64,000 nt of DNA from an uncultured Armatimonadetes bacterium (lineage in GTDB: Bacteria; Armatimonadota; UBA5829; DTJY01): contig OY970325.1 in NCBI GenBank assembly GCA_963717145.1, forward strand, positions 1,696,001 through 1,760,000, written 5' to 3'. Positions 1 through 8,571 of this stretch are shown here, one piece after another. The notes under the pieces were generated by a model that searched no databases, was not told the origin of the DNA, and was given only the letters and a program-made list of their open reading frames with translations. Within the stretch, counting starts at the first letter, position 1. Each line of letters starts with the position of its first letter. The position numbers and the translations under genes are program-made.

Positions 1-1163
1 CGAGCTACATGTCGCCCGAGCAGGTCGCCGGACAGCCACTCGACTTGCGGACCGACCTGTTCTCCCTCGGCGTCATGCTGTTCGAGATGCTCACGGGCAA
101 GAAGCCGTTCACCGGCGATACCGTGGTCACGATCACCTACAACATCATTAACCATCAGGTCATGATCCCGCCGTCCGTGCCTCCGTACATCGAGCGCGTC
201 ATCCTCAAGGCGCTCTCGAAGGAGCCGAGCCAGCGATATGCCACCGCCGATGAGATGTTGGCGGACATGGACGCGAAGAGCTTCAACGGCCCGTTTCAGT
301 CACAGCCGGACCCGTTCGGCGCGACGATGAGTTCGCCGGGGCCATTGTACGGACCGCAGCCACAGTATCCGGGACAGCAGCAGTATCCGGGGCAACCGGG
401 ATATGGCGCACAGACTCCTCCCCCGCAACCGGTCGCCGATCCGTTTGGCGGGCTGCAGCCGGATGCATTCAGGCTACCGAAGATGCCGAAGACACCGGCC
501 ATCTCTCAGGAGGCAAAGTACTTCCTGAAGGTGATGTTCGGGGTGATTCTGATCTGCGGCGCGCTGATCGGCTTCGTGTGGATGTTCAGTTCGGCATATC
601 GGGGCTATCAGCATCAGGGGGGCGAGCAGCAGATCAACATCCACCTGGAGAATGGCAAGCGATACTTCGAGAATCAGAGCTACCAGGCGGCGATCGAGGA
701 GTTCAACCAGGTCCTCAAGGTCGCCGTCGATCCGAAGCTCGTCAAGGTGACTCGCAGGAATGTCGCGGCGTGTTATCTGCAGATCGGCATCCAGAACGAG
801 AACTCCGGACGGGCCTATGATGCCATCGGGAACTACAAACAGGCTATGCAATACGATCCCGCCTATGCCGATCCGTACCTGTTCCTCGGAAACGCGCTGG
901 AGAAGATTAGCCAGAATGACGCCGCATTCGCCGCGTGGGAGAATGCATGGAAGGCCGAGCCCGGGAGTCAGGCTGCGACCACTGCGAAGGAGAATACGGC
1001 GACCCTGTACTGCAAGATCGGCGACCAGGCGTATGGAGGTGGCCGGAGCGACGAGGCCATTCAACATTGGCGCAAGGCGATGGAAACCGCCCCTGGGACG
1101 AAAGGAGCGATTGCCGCCCAGGAGCGAATCGAGCAAGCGACGGGCACCGGCCGCTCCAACTGA
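1..1163 (+). CDS. Ser/Thr protein kinase (5'-truncated) with TM helix and C-terminal TPR repeats
   Basis: Frame is open at the window edge. Motifs [26 protein letters not shown] and RYATADEM, then a Pro/Gln-rich linker, a hydrophobic helix and TPR-like repeats. Confidence 0.9.
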   Translation, partial: SYMSPEQVAGQPLDLRTDLFSLGVMLFEMLTGKKPFTGDTVVTITYNIINHQVMIPPSVPPYIERVILKALSKEPSQRYATADEMLADMDAKSFNGPFQSQPDPFGATMSSPGPLYGPQPQYPGQQQYPGQPGYGAQTPPPQPVADPFGGLQPDAFRLPKMPKTPAISQEAKYFLKVMFGVILICGALIGFVWMFSSAYRGYQHQGGEQQINIHLENGKRYFENQSYQAAIEEFNQVLKVAVDPKLVKVTRRNVAACYLQIGIQNENSGRAYDAIGNYKQAMQYDPAYADPYLFLGNALEKISQNDAAFAAWENAWKAEPGSQAATTAKENTATLYCKIGDQAYGGGRSDEAIQHWRKAMETAPGTKGAIAAQERIEQATGTGRSN

Positions 1164-1187
1164 TTCGTACTCTCGACTTCTTCTCGC

Positions 1188-1259
1188 CATGTAGTGGCCG
1201 TGCCTCCGTGCCGGCCATCACGAGGCCCATGGCCGGCACGGAGGCACGGCCACTACATG
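1188..1259. repeat. REPIN-like palindrome, GTAG family A (GTAGTGGCCGTGCCTCNGTGCCGGCC)
   Basis: Perfect 31-bp inverted arms with a 10-bp spacer, between convergent genes. Related copies at 9067 and 27958. Confidence 0.9.
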
Positions 1260-1282
1260 GCGAGGGCGGGGATCGGGAACGG

Positions 1283-2155
1283 TCATTCCTGATAGACGAA
1301 GGAGATGTACGCGCCGGCCGCGAGGACGAGGATCGCGCCGAGGAGTATCCGCAGGCTGAACGGGTCGCCGAACAGGAGGATCCCAGCCGTCGAGGAGTAC
1401 ACGACCGTCGTCATCTGGATGATCCCCGATTCCCCCGCCCCGGACCACCGCATCGCGTAGGTCATCGCCAACTGCCCGAATGTGCTCGATACCCCCATCA
1501 ACACCAGCAGCCACCAGCCGAACGCATCGGGCCAGACCGGGTGCTGTGCAAACATCGCGATCAACCCGGCGGTTGCACCGAATACGCACAGTGAGAAGAA
1601 GACCGACACGGCGGACTCCGTCTTCCTCAGCTCCCGGATGATCACGATCGCGACAGCCGAGGTGATCCCCGCGAAGAATCCATAGAAGTCACCCGCGCGC
1701 AACCCTCGGAGATCCGGTTGAGCGACCAGATAGAGGCCGAACAGGGCGACGACAACCATCACCGCCGTGCTGGGACGCAGTCGCTCCCGGATGAGGAGCG
1801 CTCCGAATAGCGGCGCATAGATGAAGTAGGAGTTCCCCAGGAAGACGCTGTTCGTCAGGGTAGTCGCACCCTCTCCCTTTGCGGCGGCAAGGCTGAGGAA
1901 GTACAGGAGTATCGCTATCCCGCCGAAGAAGCCTCTCGCGGCAAGTAGCCAGCGCCGGTCGAGCTTGATCTGAGCCCTCCCTGACTTGTGGAGAACACCC
2001 AGGACCGCCAGCCCAAACAGGAAGCGCACGAGCGTGGTCTCCGAGCCGGGGATATCGTGCAGGCCCGCCACTCGTACCGAAACAGCCATGACCGCGAAAC
2101 TCATCGACGACATGGTGAGCCAGAACGGACCGTTCGTTCGCAGTCCTCGGCGCAT
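1283..2155 (-). CDS. DMT/EamA family transporter
   Basis: About 10 hydrophobic helices and an EamA-type LLIRERL motif. Start placed at MRRGLRT (uncertain). Confidence 0.85.
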   Translation of the reverse strand: MRRGLRTNGPFWLTMSSMSFAVMAVSVRVAGLHDIPGSETTLVRFLFGLAVLGVLHKSGRAQIKLDRRWLLAARGFFGGIAILLYFLSLAAAKGEGATTLTNSVFLGNSYFIYAPLFGALLIRERLRPSTAVMVVVALFGLYLVAQPDLRGLRAGDFYGFFAGITSAVAIVIIRELRKTESAVSVFFSLCVFGATAGLIAMFAQHPVWPDAFGWWLLVLMGVSSTFGQLAMTYAMRWSGAGESGIIQMTTVVYSSTAGILLFGDPFSLRILLGAILVLAAGAYISFVYQE

Positions 2156-2312
2156 GGGTGTCCTAACTTGGTTGTCAGGTGCTCCTGCTTGCATGGGCCA
2201 TGATAGCATGGCCTTTCAAGCGGCGGCAAATCGTCTATTGCCTGTCAGCCGGTCATCTGATATAATCCTCGGGCAATACGTTCTACTCTAACCCCTCAGG
2301 AGGACAAACGTC

Positions 2313-3059
2313 ATGCCCGCCGGCCGAAATCCCAACCGCACATCCGGTTTCACCATCATCGAATTGCTGGTGGTCATCGCCGTTATTGCCATACTGTCAG
2401 GCATTCTGCTCCCAATATTCCTCTCTGCCAAGGAATCTGTCCGTAACTCGCAATGCCAGGCGAACCTCAAGCAACTCTACGTCGCATTCGAGCTGTATGC
2501 CGACAATTGGAATGGCGTCTGGCCTGGCCCCGGCGGATACAAGGGCGACAACTGCTACTGGGCACAGGAGAGCGGAGGGGGCGTGGATGCGTACCTCAAG
2601 AACCAGGAGAAGGGCGGAGAGAGCGTCTTCTGCTGCCCATGCTACACAGGCGTATATGCCTCGCCATGGTCGCCACGGACCTATGGCATGAACTCGTTCC
2701 TGCGGACGATGCGGAAAACTTATTCTTACCCACAGTATCTGAAGTTCCCGGGGATCAGAGAGACTAGCATCCTGTACCCAGGCCGCACGATCCTGCTCTA
2801 TGAAGGCATGCCCGAGGATAAGACGAATACCAACGGCGAGGGATATGTGTATCGCTGCGGTGACTGGACACTGGTGCGAGGATATACCAAGTATAAGCAC
2901 TACCAGAAGTCAGATAGGCCCTGGCATCGCGGGCGGAACAACTACCTCTTCTGTGATGGACACATCGAATCACGTGTGCCGGAGGAATCTGGCGCCGAGT
3001 TGACCTCGCCGGACAATGACCTTTGGACCGTTCGTAAGGACAGATACCCTATGAGGTAA
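2313..3059 (+). CDS. Prepilin-type N-terminal cleavage/methylation protein with H-X9-DG motif (DUF1559-like)
   Basis: [25 protein letters not shown] and [23 protein letters not shown]. Confidence 0.9.
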   Translation: MPAGRNPNRTSGFTIIELLVVIAVIAILSGILLPIFLSAKESVRNSQCQANLKQLYVAFELYADNWNGVWPGPGGYKGDNCYWAQESGGGVDAYLKNQEKGGESVFCCPCYTGVYASPWSPRTYGMNSFLRTMRKTYSYPQYLKFPGIRETSILYPGRTILLYEGMPEDKTNTNGEGYVYRCGDWTLVRGYTKYKHYQKSDRPWHRGRNNYLFCDGHIESRVPEESGAELTSPDNDLWTVRKDRYPMR

Positions 3060-3067
3060 GCGGGCCG

Positions 3068-3547
3068 CTACATTCCGGCCACTCGGTCGAGAACGTCCTG
3101 CAGCTTCTGCCTGATCGCGGCCGCCAGGTCATACAGTTCCGAGCCGTCCACGAGCCTGAACTGCTCGATGGGATCGACCGCTGCGACCGCGGTACCCTCG
3201 GCTCGCTCGAAAACAACGACGTTGTGCGGCATCACAAGCCCTGCATCCATGTCGGCCATCAGCGCCTGCCGAGCGTAGGTCGGATGCCAGGCCTCGAGTA
3301 TGACGTACCTTGGAAACTGAACACTCGGATCGGCACGGAGTGCCTCGGCGACGTCGATCTCGCCCGCAATGTCGAACCCCTCGGCGTCAAGCGCCCGTCG
3401 GACCGCGCCCAGCGTCTCATCGAAGGGGGTGTCCATCCACATCTTGGTGCCGAACACCGACTCCTCGGGGGTGCATATGCTTGGTCCCTCTGCGACCTCG
3501 GTTATTCCAGATTCGCACTGCTCATCCACGGTGTGATCCTCCTGCAC
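3068..3547 (-). CDS. DUF302 domain protein
   Basis: Pattern FDETLGAVRRALDAEGF...IDV...AGLVMPHNVVV...AAVDP. Confidence 0.8.
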   Translation of the reverse strand: MQEDHTVDEQCESGITEVAEGPSICTPEESVFGTKMWMDTPFDETLGAVRRALDAEGFDIAGEIDVAEALRADPSVQFPRYVILEAWHPTYARQALMADMDAGLVMPHNVVVFERAEGTAVAAVDPIEQFRLVDGSELYDLAAAIRQKLQDVLDRVAGM

Positions 3548-3559
3548 GTTTATATCGGG

Positions 3560-3586
3560 TTACCCTGAGGCCGAGGAGTTCAAACC
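3560..3586 (-). promoter_or_regulatory. Possible sigmaB/sigmaF-type promoter for the DUF302 gene
   Basis: Minus strand GGTTTGA-N14-GGGTAA. Confidence 0.35.
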
Positions 3587-3623
3587 GCGACTCCGGGTCA
3601 CCTCACCGACGGCGGCGACGATC

Positions 3624-4007
3624 CTACTCGAGATCTATCACCAGTTCGGGCAGTGAGCAGAGAGTCGCGTGGATGAGGCAACTGCCGGCAACCTTCTTGA
3701 CCGCCTGCCGACGGTTCTCGGGGATGCCCTTCGGCACTTTGACTTTGGCATGCAGGCGCCCGATCCGCATGGGGTCCTTCACGATATCCGAGGCGACATC
3801 GACCGTCATCCCCTCGCAGTCGATCCCGGCCTGTTCGCAGTACGCGGTCACGTACACGCCGATGCACGTCCCGAGCGAGGCCGCAAGAAGCTCGGGGGGC
3901 GTCATTGCCGTATCAGTGCCGCCCTTCTCAGGTGGCAGATCGGTCGTGATCTTGTGTCCGCGTGTCTCGGCGGTGAACTTGGTCCCGCCTTCGTAGGAAA
4001 TCTTCAT
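3624..4007 (-). CDS. OsmC family protein
   Basis: TDLPPEKGG...TPPELLAASLGTC, second Cys in CLIHATL. Confidence 0.9.
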   Translation of the reverse strand: MKISYEGGTKFTAETRGHKITTDLPPEKGGTDTAMTPPELLAASLGTCIGVYVTAYCEQAGIDCEGMTVDVASDIVKDPMRIGRLHAKVKVPKGIPENRRQAVKKVAGSCLIHATLCSLPELVIDLE

Positions 4008-4024
4008 GTGTGTCCTCCCTTTTC

Positions 4025-4134
4025 TGGAGTGCGGAAGCGGAGTCTCCTAGATCCTGAATCAAGTTCAGGATGACAACGGGCGCTGTCATCCTGAACTTGA
4101 TTCAGGATCTAGGAGACTCCGCTTCCGCACTCCA
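4025..4134. repeat. Composite perfect palindrome: TGGAGTGCGGAAGC arms enclosing GTCATCCTGAACTTGATTCAGGATCT units
   Basis: Perfect 51-bp arms (4025-4075 and 4084-4134) with an 8-bp spacer. Confidence 0.9.
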
Positions 4135-4136
4135 TA

Positions 4137-4301
4137 TCAACCGGCCCGATCCAGGGCCAGCAGCAATCCGATGACGGCGCCGATTACGACGCTGACATAC
4201 GGATTGCAGACGAGCTTTCACCCGCCGCCCATCGATCGGCTGAGAAGGCTGAGCAGATAGCCCAACGCTCCGCCGATGACGATTCCCATTGCCATTTTCA
4301 T
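4137..4301 (-). CDS. Small two-helix membrane protein (DUF6132-like) with in-frame UGA, candidate selenoprotein
   Basis: MKMAMGIVIGGALGYLLSLLSRSMGGG*KLVCNPYVSVVIGAVIGLLLALDRAG. GGAG RBS, UGA at 4218-4220, second TM helix continues in frame. Confidence 0.7.
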
Positions 4302-4351
4302 ATACTCACTCCGTAAGAAAGCCGATGACCACCGGCTCATTGTCGGGGCTT

Positions 4352-4534
4352 TCACCCGCTTGGCTTGCATCCGGCTTCGATGTACGCGCGAAGGGCTGCA
4401 AACGTCGACATCAGCCTATTTGTCTCCTTCGACCCGCATTTCGGACACTCCTTCACGTCCTTCGATTCGCTCAGCGGTTCCAGAATCGAGAACTTGTGTC
4501 CGCAGCTACTGCATTTGAACTCATGTATGGGCAT
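4352..4534 (-). CDS. FmdB family zinc-ribbon protein; terminal UGA may be Sec (extension to 4337)
   Basis: MPIHEFKCSSCG...ECPKCGS...RLMSTFA. Ends GCKPSG-UGA followed by a hairpin. Confidence 0.85.
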   Translation of the reverse strand: MPIHEFKCSSCGHKFSILEPLSESKDVKECPKCGSKETNRLMSTFAALRAYIEAGCKPSG

Positions 4535-4549
4535 GTGATTCACCTCTTG

Positions 4550-4810
4550 TCATGCAAGCTTGAGGAAGAGCTTCATCGCATCTTCCAGGGATTCTTCTTT
4601 ACCCGCTTTCTGTTCGAGGCATTCCGCCATGTGGCGGCTCAACATGAGAAAGCCAACTCGGTCGAGCGCGCCCCTGACGGCGGAGACCTGAGTGATGATC
4701 TCGGTGCAGTCGGACTGATCCTCGACCATCCGCTGGAGGCCGCGCACCTGCCCCTCGATCCTCCGCAGCCTGTTCAGAAGCTCCCGACACGTCTCGGATC
4801 TATCCTGCAT
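4550..4810 (-). CDS. csoR: CsoR/RcnR family metal- or sulfur-sensing repressor
   Basis: LLNRLRRIEGQVRGLQRMVE, with C...HMAEC ligand fingerprint. Confidence 0.85.
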   Translation of the reverse strand: MQDRSETCRELLNRLRRIEGQVRGLQRMVEDQSDCTEIITQVSAVRGALDRVGFLMLSRHMAECLEQKAGKEESLEDAMKLFLKLA

Positions 4811-4830
4811 CGTGTCACCTCGCAACGATT

Positions 4831-4846
4831 ATACCCCTGGGGGTAT
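4831..4846. promoter_or_regulatory. CsoR-type operator
   Basis: ATACCCC-TG-GGGGTAT 7-2-7 palindrome with C/G tracts, between the promoter and the csoR start. Confidence 0.8.
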
Positions 4847-4856
4847 CCTTGGAAAC

Positions 4857-4885
4857 ATTGTACTCGAGCATAGCCCGCCTGTCAA
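4857..4885 (-). promoter_or_regulatory. sigma70 promoter of the csoR operon
   Basis: TTGACA-N17-TACAAT. Confidence 0.75.
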
Positions 4886-4925
4886 GGGTTTTGTGATGCA
4901 ATCCAGGGGTCAGAGCGCCCGAACA

Positions 4926-5195
4926 TCACAATGCAGTGGCCAATCGTTCGTGGAGTTGTTCGTCAGTAAGGCCGTCGATCTCGAAGGTCTTCTGGCGGCT
5001 GGTATGGCCTGAGACCAGAGTGATCTGCGACTTCTTGATGCCGAGTTGGTCCGCGAGGAACTCGATGGCGGCCTTGTTCGCGGCGCCCTCGACCGGCGGC
5101 GCGGTGAGCTTGATACTCAGCACGCCGTCCTCCCACCCGGTGATCTGGCTGCGGGAACTGCGCGGGTTGATTCGGACTCGGAGCAGGGTCTTCAT
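4926..5195 (-). CDS. DUF167/YggU family protein
   Basis: TAPPVEGAANKA and SGHTSRQK motifs. Confidence 0.9.
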   Translation of the reverse strand: MKTLLRVRINPRSSRSQITGWEDGVLSIKLTAPPVEGAANKAAIEFLADQLGIKKSQITLVSGHTSRQKTFEIDGLTDEQLHERLATAL

Positions 5196-5214
5196 AGCAT
5201 GTGACAGGACCAGA

Positions 5215-5311
5215 TCGGGAGGGCGAGGCTCCGTCCGAGCCGGATGCTTCGGCAGCAGAACGAAGTGCCGCTACCGAAGCATCCGGCTCGGACGGAGCCT
5301 CGCCCTCCCGA
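5215..5311. repeat. REPIN-like palindrome (CGGGAGGGCGAGGCTCCGTCCGAGCC family)
   Basis: 38-bp inverted arms. Second copy at 40837. Confidence 0.9.
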
Positions 5312-5316
5312 CCTGA

Positions 5317-5682
5317 TCACCTCTTCACCATCCTCTGATAGATGTCTTCCCAGCCCTCACCCTCGGGCCGGGGCTCGAAGTCTTCGAACTTGTCGCCGCG
5401 CAGGTGGAGAGTGCCTCGCTGACCCGTGCGCGAGGAGGCGTAGATCGCCTCGACGACCTCGAATTCCTGCTGGCGGCCATCGTACTCGATGGTCAGATAG
5501 TAACGGCCGCCCTGAGGGCTCTCATCTTTTCGCCGGTCCATGATTCCGGCCTGGATCTCCCGGAGCTTCTGGAGACGGTTGGCCTTCCATTCTCGATAGC
5601 CCCGCTGCCAGACGAGCGCGACCATTATCCACATCAGGATCGCATATATCGCGAGGGCAATACCTATTGTCAGGGGGCTCAT
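5317..5682 (-). CDS. Membrane-anchored DUF2500-like protein
   Basis: N-terminal TM helix, then YYLTIEY...EFEV...Y...GQRGTL...G..FEDF. Confidence 0.6.
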   Translation of the reverse strand: MSPLTIGIALAIYAILMWIMVALVWQRGYREWKANRLQKLREIQAGIMDRRKDESPQGGRYYLTIEYDGRQQEFEVVEAIYASSRTGQRGTLHLRGDKFEDFEPRPEGEGWEDIYQRMVKR

Positions 5683-5736
5683 AACTCTATTCTCGCAGAA
5701 AAAAGGTCGGCACGGAGGCGCGGCCACTGCATGTGA

Positions 5737-7155
5737 TCATCCAGCCAGAATGAACAGCAGAGCGAATGCGACCGCGTTCGTACACGCATGGGCGACCATG
5801 TTCGGCAGCAGTGACCCGCGCTCCCTAAAGACTACCGCAAAGACCGCGCCGAGCACAAGTATCGGGAGCAGGCCGACCGGAAGCGGATGAACAAGGCCGA
5901 AGACGACGGCTGAGACGATCACTCCGGCGGCGACCCCCCATTTGGCCCTCAGGCTGTTGAAGAGGACACCGCGGAAGAACAACTCCTCGAAGAAGGGCGC
6001 TGCCACAACTGCCAGCATGAAGAGCGCCAGTTTGGCAACCCATGATTCGGACTCGATGAACAGCGGAACGATCGGATTCTCGTGCGATGGGATGAATCGA
6101 CTGACCCACTGCAGGATGAATATGCTCAACAACACGAGCGGGAGCGCCGCCGCATAGCCAGCGATCCCGGCGAACACATCGGCGAGTGGCCGTCGTGACC
6201 TCAGTCCGATCGACTCCCAGGTCATTCCGGCAGCGCGAAGGCGGTCGGCGAGTACGAAAACAGCCAGCAGCCCGGAAAGGACATAAGCAGTGGCGGCGAA
6301 GATCACATCGCCGGTCGCGCTGAGCTTCACCCCGGCAGCGGCGAGCCAGATTCCACCGAGCAACTGCACAACGACGATCGCCAGCATGTATCCCACGAAC
6401 GCTTCGAGCAGGTATCCGGACACCCTCGCCCGCACGACGGGATCGTCGCTCGCGGATGGCAGATCGGCGCTTCCGACGCCCTTCGGCGTCTTGCCGGCGT
6501 ACCAGATGAGCAACCCGATGCCGACAAGCCCGAGAGCGCCGAGCACCAGGATCAGCACCACCGCGTATACAAGTGTGTGCAAAGCTTCACTCCCTGCGAT
6601 CCCCTTCTGTTCCTGCGCCTGCTCACTCAGGCCTGCACGTGCGTAGAGATGGCTCAGAGCTATGTGCTCGTACCAGCCAAGGTGGAGCCGCCGGATGCGC
6701 TGCTGATAGACGGCTACCTTGGAGAGATCGATCTTGTCTGCCAGATAGATGTCCCTCCACATCGCCGATTCCGACGGACTGAGTTTCCCGAGGTGTTCGG
6801 TCGCTTTGCGCGAAGATTCATGGCTCAGGATGATCAACCGCCGATAGACATCGGGACTGGGATCTTCGCGGATGGACCGCTCGTAAAGCTCAGCAGCAAG
6901 GGTGTAGGCCTGCCCGGCATTCGCTCTCAGGAGAGGGAAGGAGTGAGAATAGTAATATGCTGTCTTGGCCTGGAGGTCGCCCTGCAGAGTTTTCTCGGAT
7001 ATCGAGGCCGGTTCGACAACCCGCATCCCTTCGAACTGCGCGACCGCTATGCCGATCAGGATGACGGCCAGAAGAGCCAGAAGCAGTATGAACCTGCCCT
7101 GAGGGTATCCCCTGCCCTGCTCCGGGTTCTCCACCGGTTGGTCGCTGAGTTCCAC
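5737..7155 (-). CDS. CPBP/CAAX family intramembrane metalloprotease
   Basis: APFFEELFFRG, FGLVH and HACTN motifs. Confidence 0.9.
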   Translation of the reverse strand: MELSDQPVENPEQGRGYPQGRFILLLALLAVILIGIAVAQFEGMRVVEPASISEKTLQGDLQAKTAYYYSHSFPLLRANAGQAYTLAAELYERSIREDPSPDVYRRLIILSHESSRKATEHLGKLSPSESAMWRDIYLADKIDLSKVAVYQQRIRRLHLGWYEHIALSHLYARAGLSEQAQEQKGIAGSEALHTLVYAVVLILVLGALGLVGIGLLIWYAGKTPKGVGSADLPSASDDPVVRARVSGYLLEAFVGYMLAIVVVQLLGGIWLAAAGVKLSATGDVIFAATAYVLSGLLAVFVLADRLRAAGMTWESIGLRSRRPLADVFAGIAGYAAALPLVLLSIFILQWVSRFIPSHENPIVPLFIESESWVAKLALFMLAVVAAPFFEELFFRGVLFNSLRAKWGVAAGVIVSAVVFGLVHPLPVGLLPILVLGAVFAVVFRERGSLLPNMVAHACTNAVAFALLFILAG

Positions 7156-7172
7156 TTATGCTTACACTGCCC

Positions 7173-7469
7173 CTACGGCCTCCACACTGGGCCCCACCAC
7201 AACCGGTTGATCAACCCCTGGATGACACCGAGCGCGACAATCGCCAACAACGGCGAAAGATCGAGGCCTCCGGTGTTATACCGAGAAAGCACTCGGCGGA
7301 ACGGCCGGATCACCGGATCGGTGATCCGATCGAGCAGCCGCATGAAGTCCGGATACTTGCGGCTAAGGTCCGGTACCCAGGACATGATCGCCCTGACGAT
7401 GATCAGGACGGTGAGTACGGTTATGGCTTTGTCTACCAGATACAGGACTATGCCAAGCATCGGATTCAC
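7173..7469 (-). CDS. YggT family membrane protein
   Basis: RAIMSWV...ITDPVIRPFRR...GLDLSPLLA. Confidence 0.9.
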   Translation of the reverse strand: MNPMLGIVLYLVDKAITVLTVLIIVRAIMSWVPDLSRKYPDFMRLLDRITDPVIRPFRRVLSRYNTGGLDLSPLLAIVALGVIQGLINRLWWGPVWRP

Positions 7470-7511
7470 GGTGTACCTCCCGCAGTAGCAAAATCCCCCG
7501 ACCTGATGGCT

Positions 7512-7577
7512 GTAGCCTAGCCCCTTGTGGGCGTCCGGCTCTGGTCTCAGTCGAACGCCCACAAGGGGCTAGGCTAC
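7512..7577. repeat. REPIN-like palindrome (GTAGCCTAGCCCCTTGTGGGCGT)
   Basis: Perfect 23-bp inverted arms starting with GTAG. Confidence 0.8.
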
Positions 7578-7632
7578 GGGTGTCAGGCCAGGGGAACATC
7601 AAACCTGGTATGCCTCGATCACGCACGAATGA

Positions 7633-8451
7633 TCAGCTCTTCGATGCGTTACCGATCGCCTTCGACCTCACGGTCGCAGCGGTGACCGCCCTCATCAGGG
7701 AGGACCGGAAACCTGCTTCTTCCAGGGCGGCGATGCCTGCGATAGTAGTGCCGCCGGGAGTCGTGACCTTGTCTCGAAGCTCGGCCGGATGCTCGCCGGT
7801 CTCGATCACCATCTTCGCGGCGCCGAGGACCGTCTGGGCTGCCAGAGTCAATGCCGCGTCGCGAGGAAGACCAACCTGGATGCCGCCCGCCATGAGCGCT
7901 TCTATCATCATGTAGACATAGGCCGGCCCGCTCCCACTCAGCCCGGTCACGGCGTCCATCTTGTCCTCGGTCACACGAACGACCACACCACACGCGCTGA
8001 ATATCTCTGCGGCCAGGTCCATCTGATCGGGAACGGCGCGTCTGCCCGGAGCGATGGCGATCGCTCCCTCGCTGATGAGACACGGAGTGTTCGGCATCAC
8101 GCGGATGACGGAGACCTCCTCCTCGAGCATCTGCTCGATCGTGGCTGTAGTGATGCCGGCCGCGATCGAGATGACCAATTGCCTCGGCGTGACTACATTG
8201 CCCAGGCTCTCGAGCGCGTCAGCCATCACGAACGGCTTCACCGCCAGGATGAGGATGTCGGACGATTCGGCGACGGACCGATTGTCGGCGACGGCTCTGA
8301 TTCCCATTCCGCTGAACAGAGCGCGTCTCTTCTCGTCGGGGTCGAACGCCGTAACGGCATCTGACGAGACTCCCGCTTTGAGGAGGCCGCGAGCGATGGC
8401 CTCGGCCATCATCCCCGCGCCTATGAAACCGATCTTCTTGCCTTGCAGCAT
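7633..8451 (-). CDS. proC: Pyrroline-5-carboxylate reductase
   Basis: IGFIGAGMM, RVMPNTP, GLSGSGPAY, VTTPGGTT. Confidence 0.95.
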   Translation of the reverse strand: MLQGKKIGFIGAGMMAEAIARGLLKAGVSSDAVTAFDPDEKRRALFSGMGIRAVADNRSVAESSDILILAVKPFVMADALESLGNVVTPRQLVISIAAGITTATIEQMLEEEVSVIRVMPNTPCLISEGAIAIAPGRRAVPDQMDLAAEIFSACGVVVRVTEDKMDAVTGLSGSGPAYVYMMIEALMAGGIQVGLPRDAALTLAAQTVLGAAKMVIETGEHPAELRDKVTTPGGTTIAGIAALEEAGFRSSLMRAVTAATVRSKAIGNASKS

Positions 8452-8480
8452 GGTGTCAATCCCCTGCGGGCCAGCGCCTA

Positions 8481-8558
8481 CGATGTTGGGTCTGGAGTTG
8501 GACTCCAGACCCCTCCGTCGGGTACGCGGTCCGGAGTCCAACTCCAGACCCAACATCG
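8481..8558. repeat. REPIN-like palindrome (GGGTCTGGAGTTGGACTCCAGACC)
   Basis: 31-bp near-perfect arms, each internally palindromic. Confidence 0.8.
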
Positions 8559-8571
8559 CAAGCGACGGCCA

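Noticed and set aside
350-430. CAGTATCCGGG repeats in the kinase gene
   Set aside because: They encode a QYPG low-complexity linker and are not a separate element.
4137-4354. Genome-wide UGA reassignment (code 4 or 25) as the explanation for the in-frame UGAs
   Set aside because: Many genes here end at TGA at their expected C-termini, and several use ATGA stop-start overlaps (24684, 48742, 63242).
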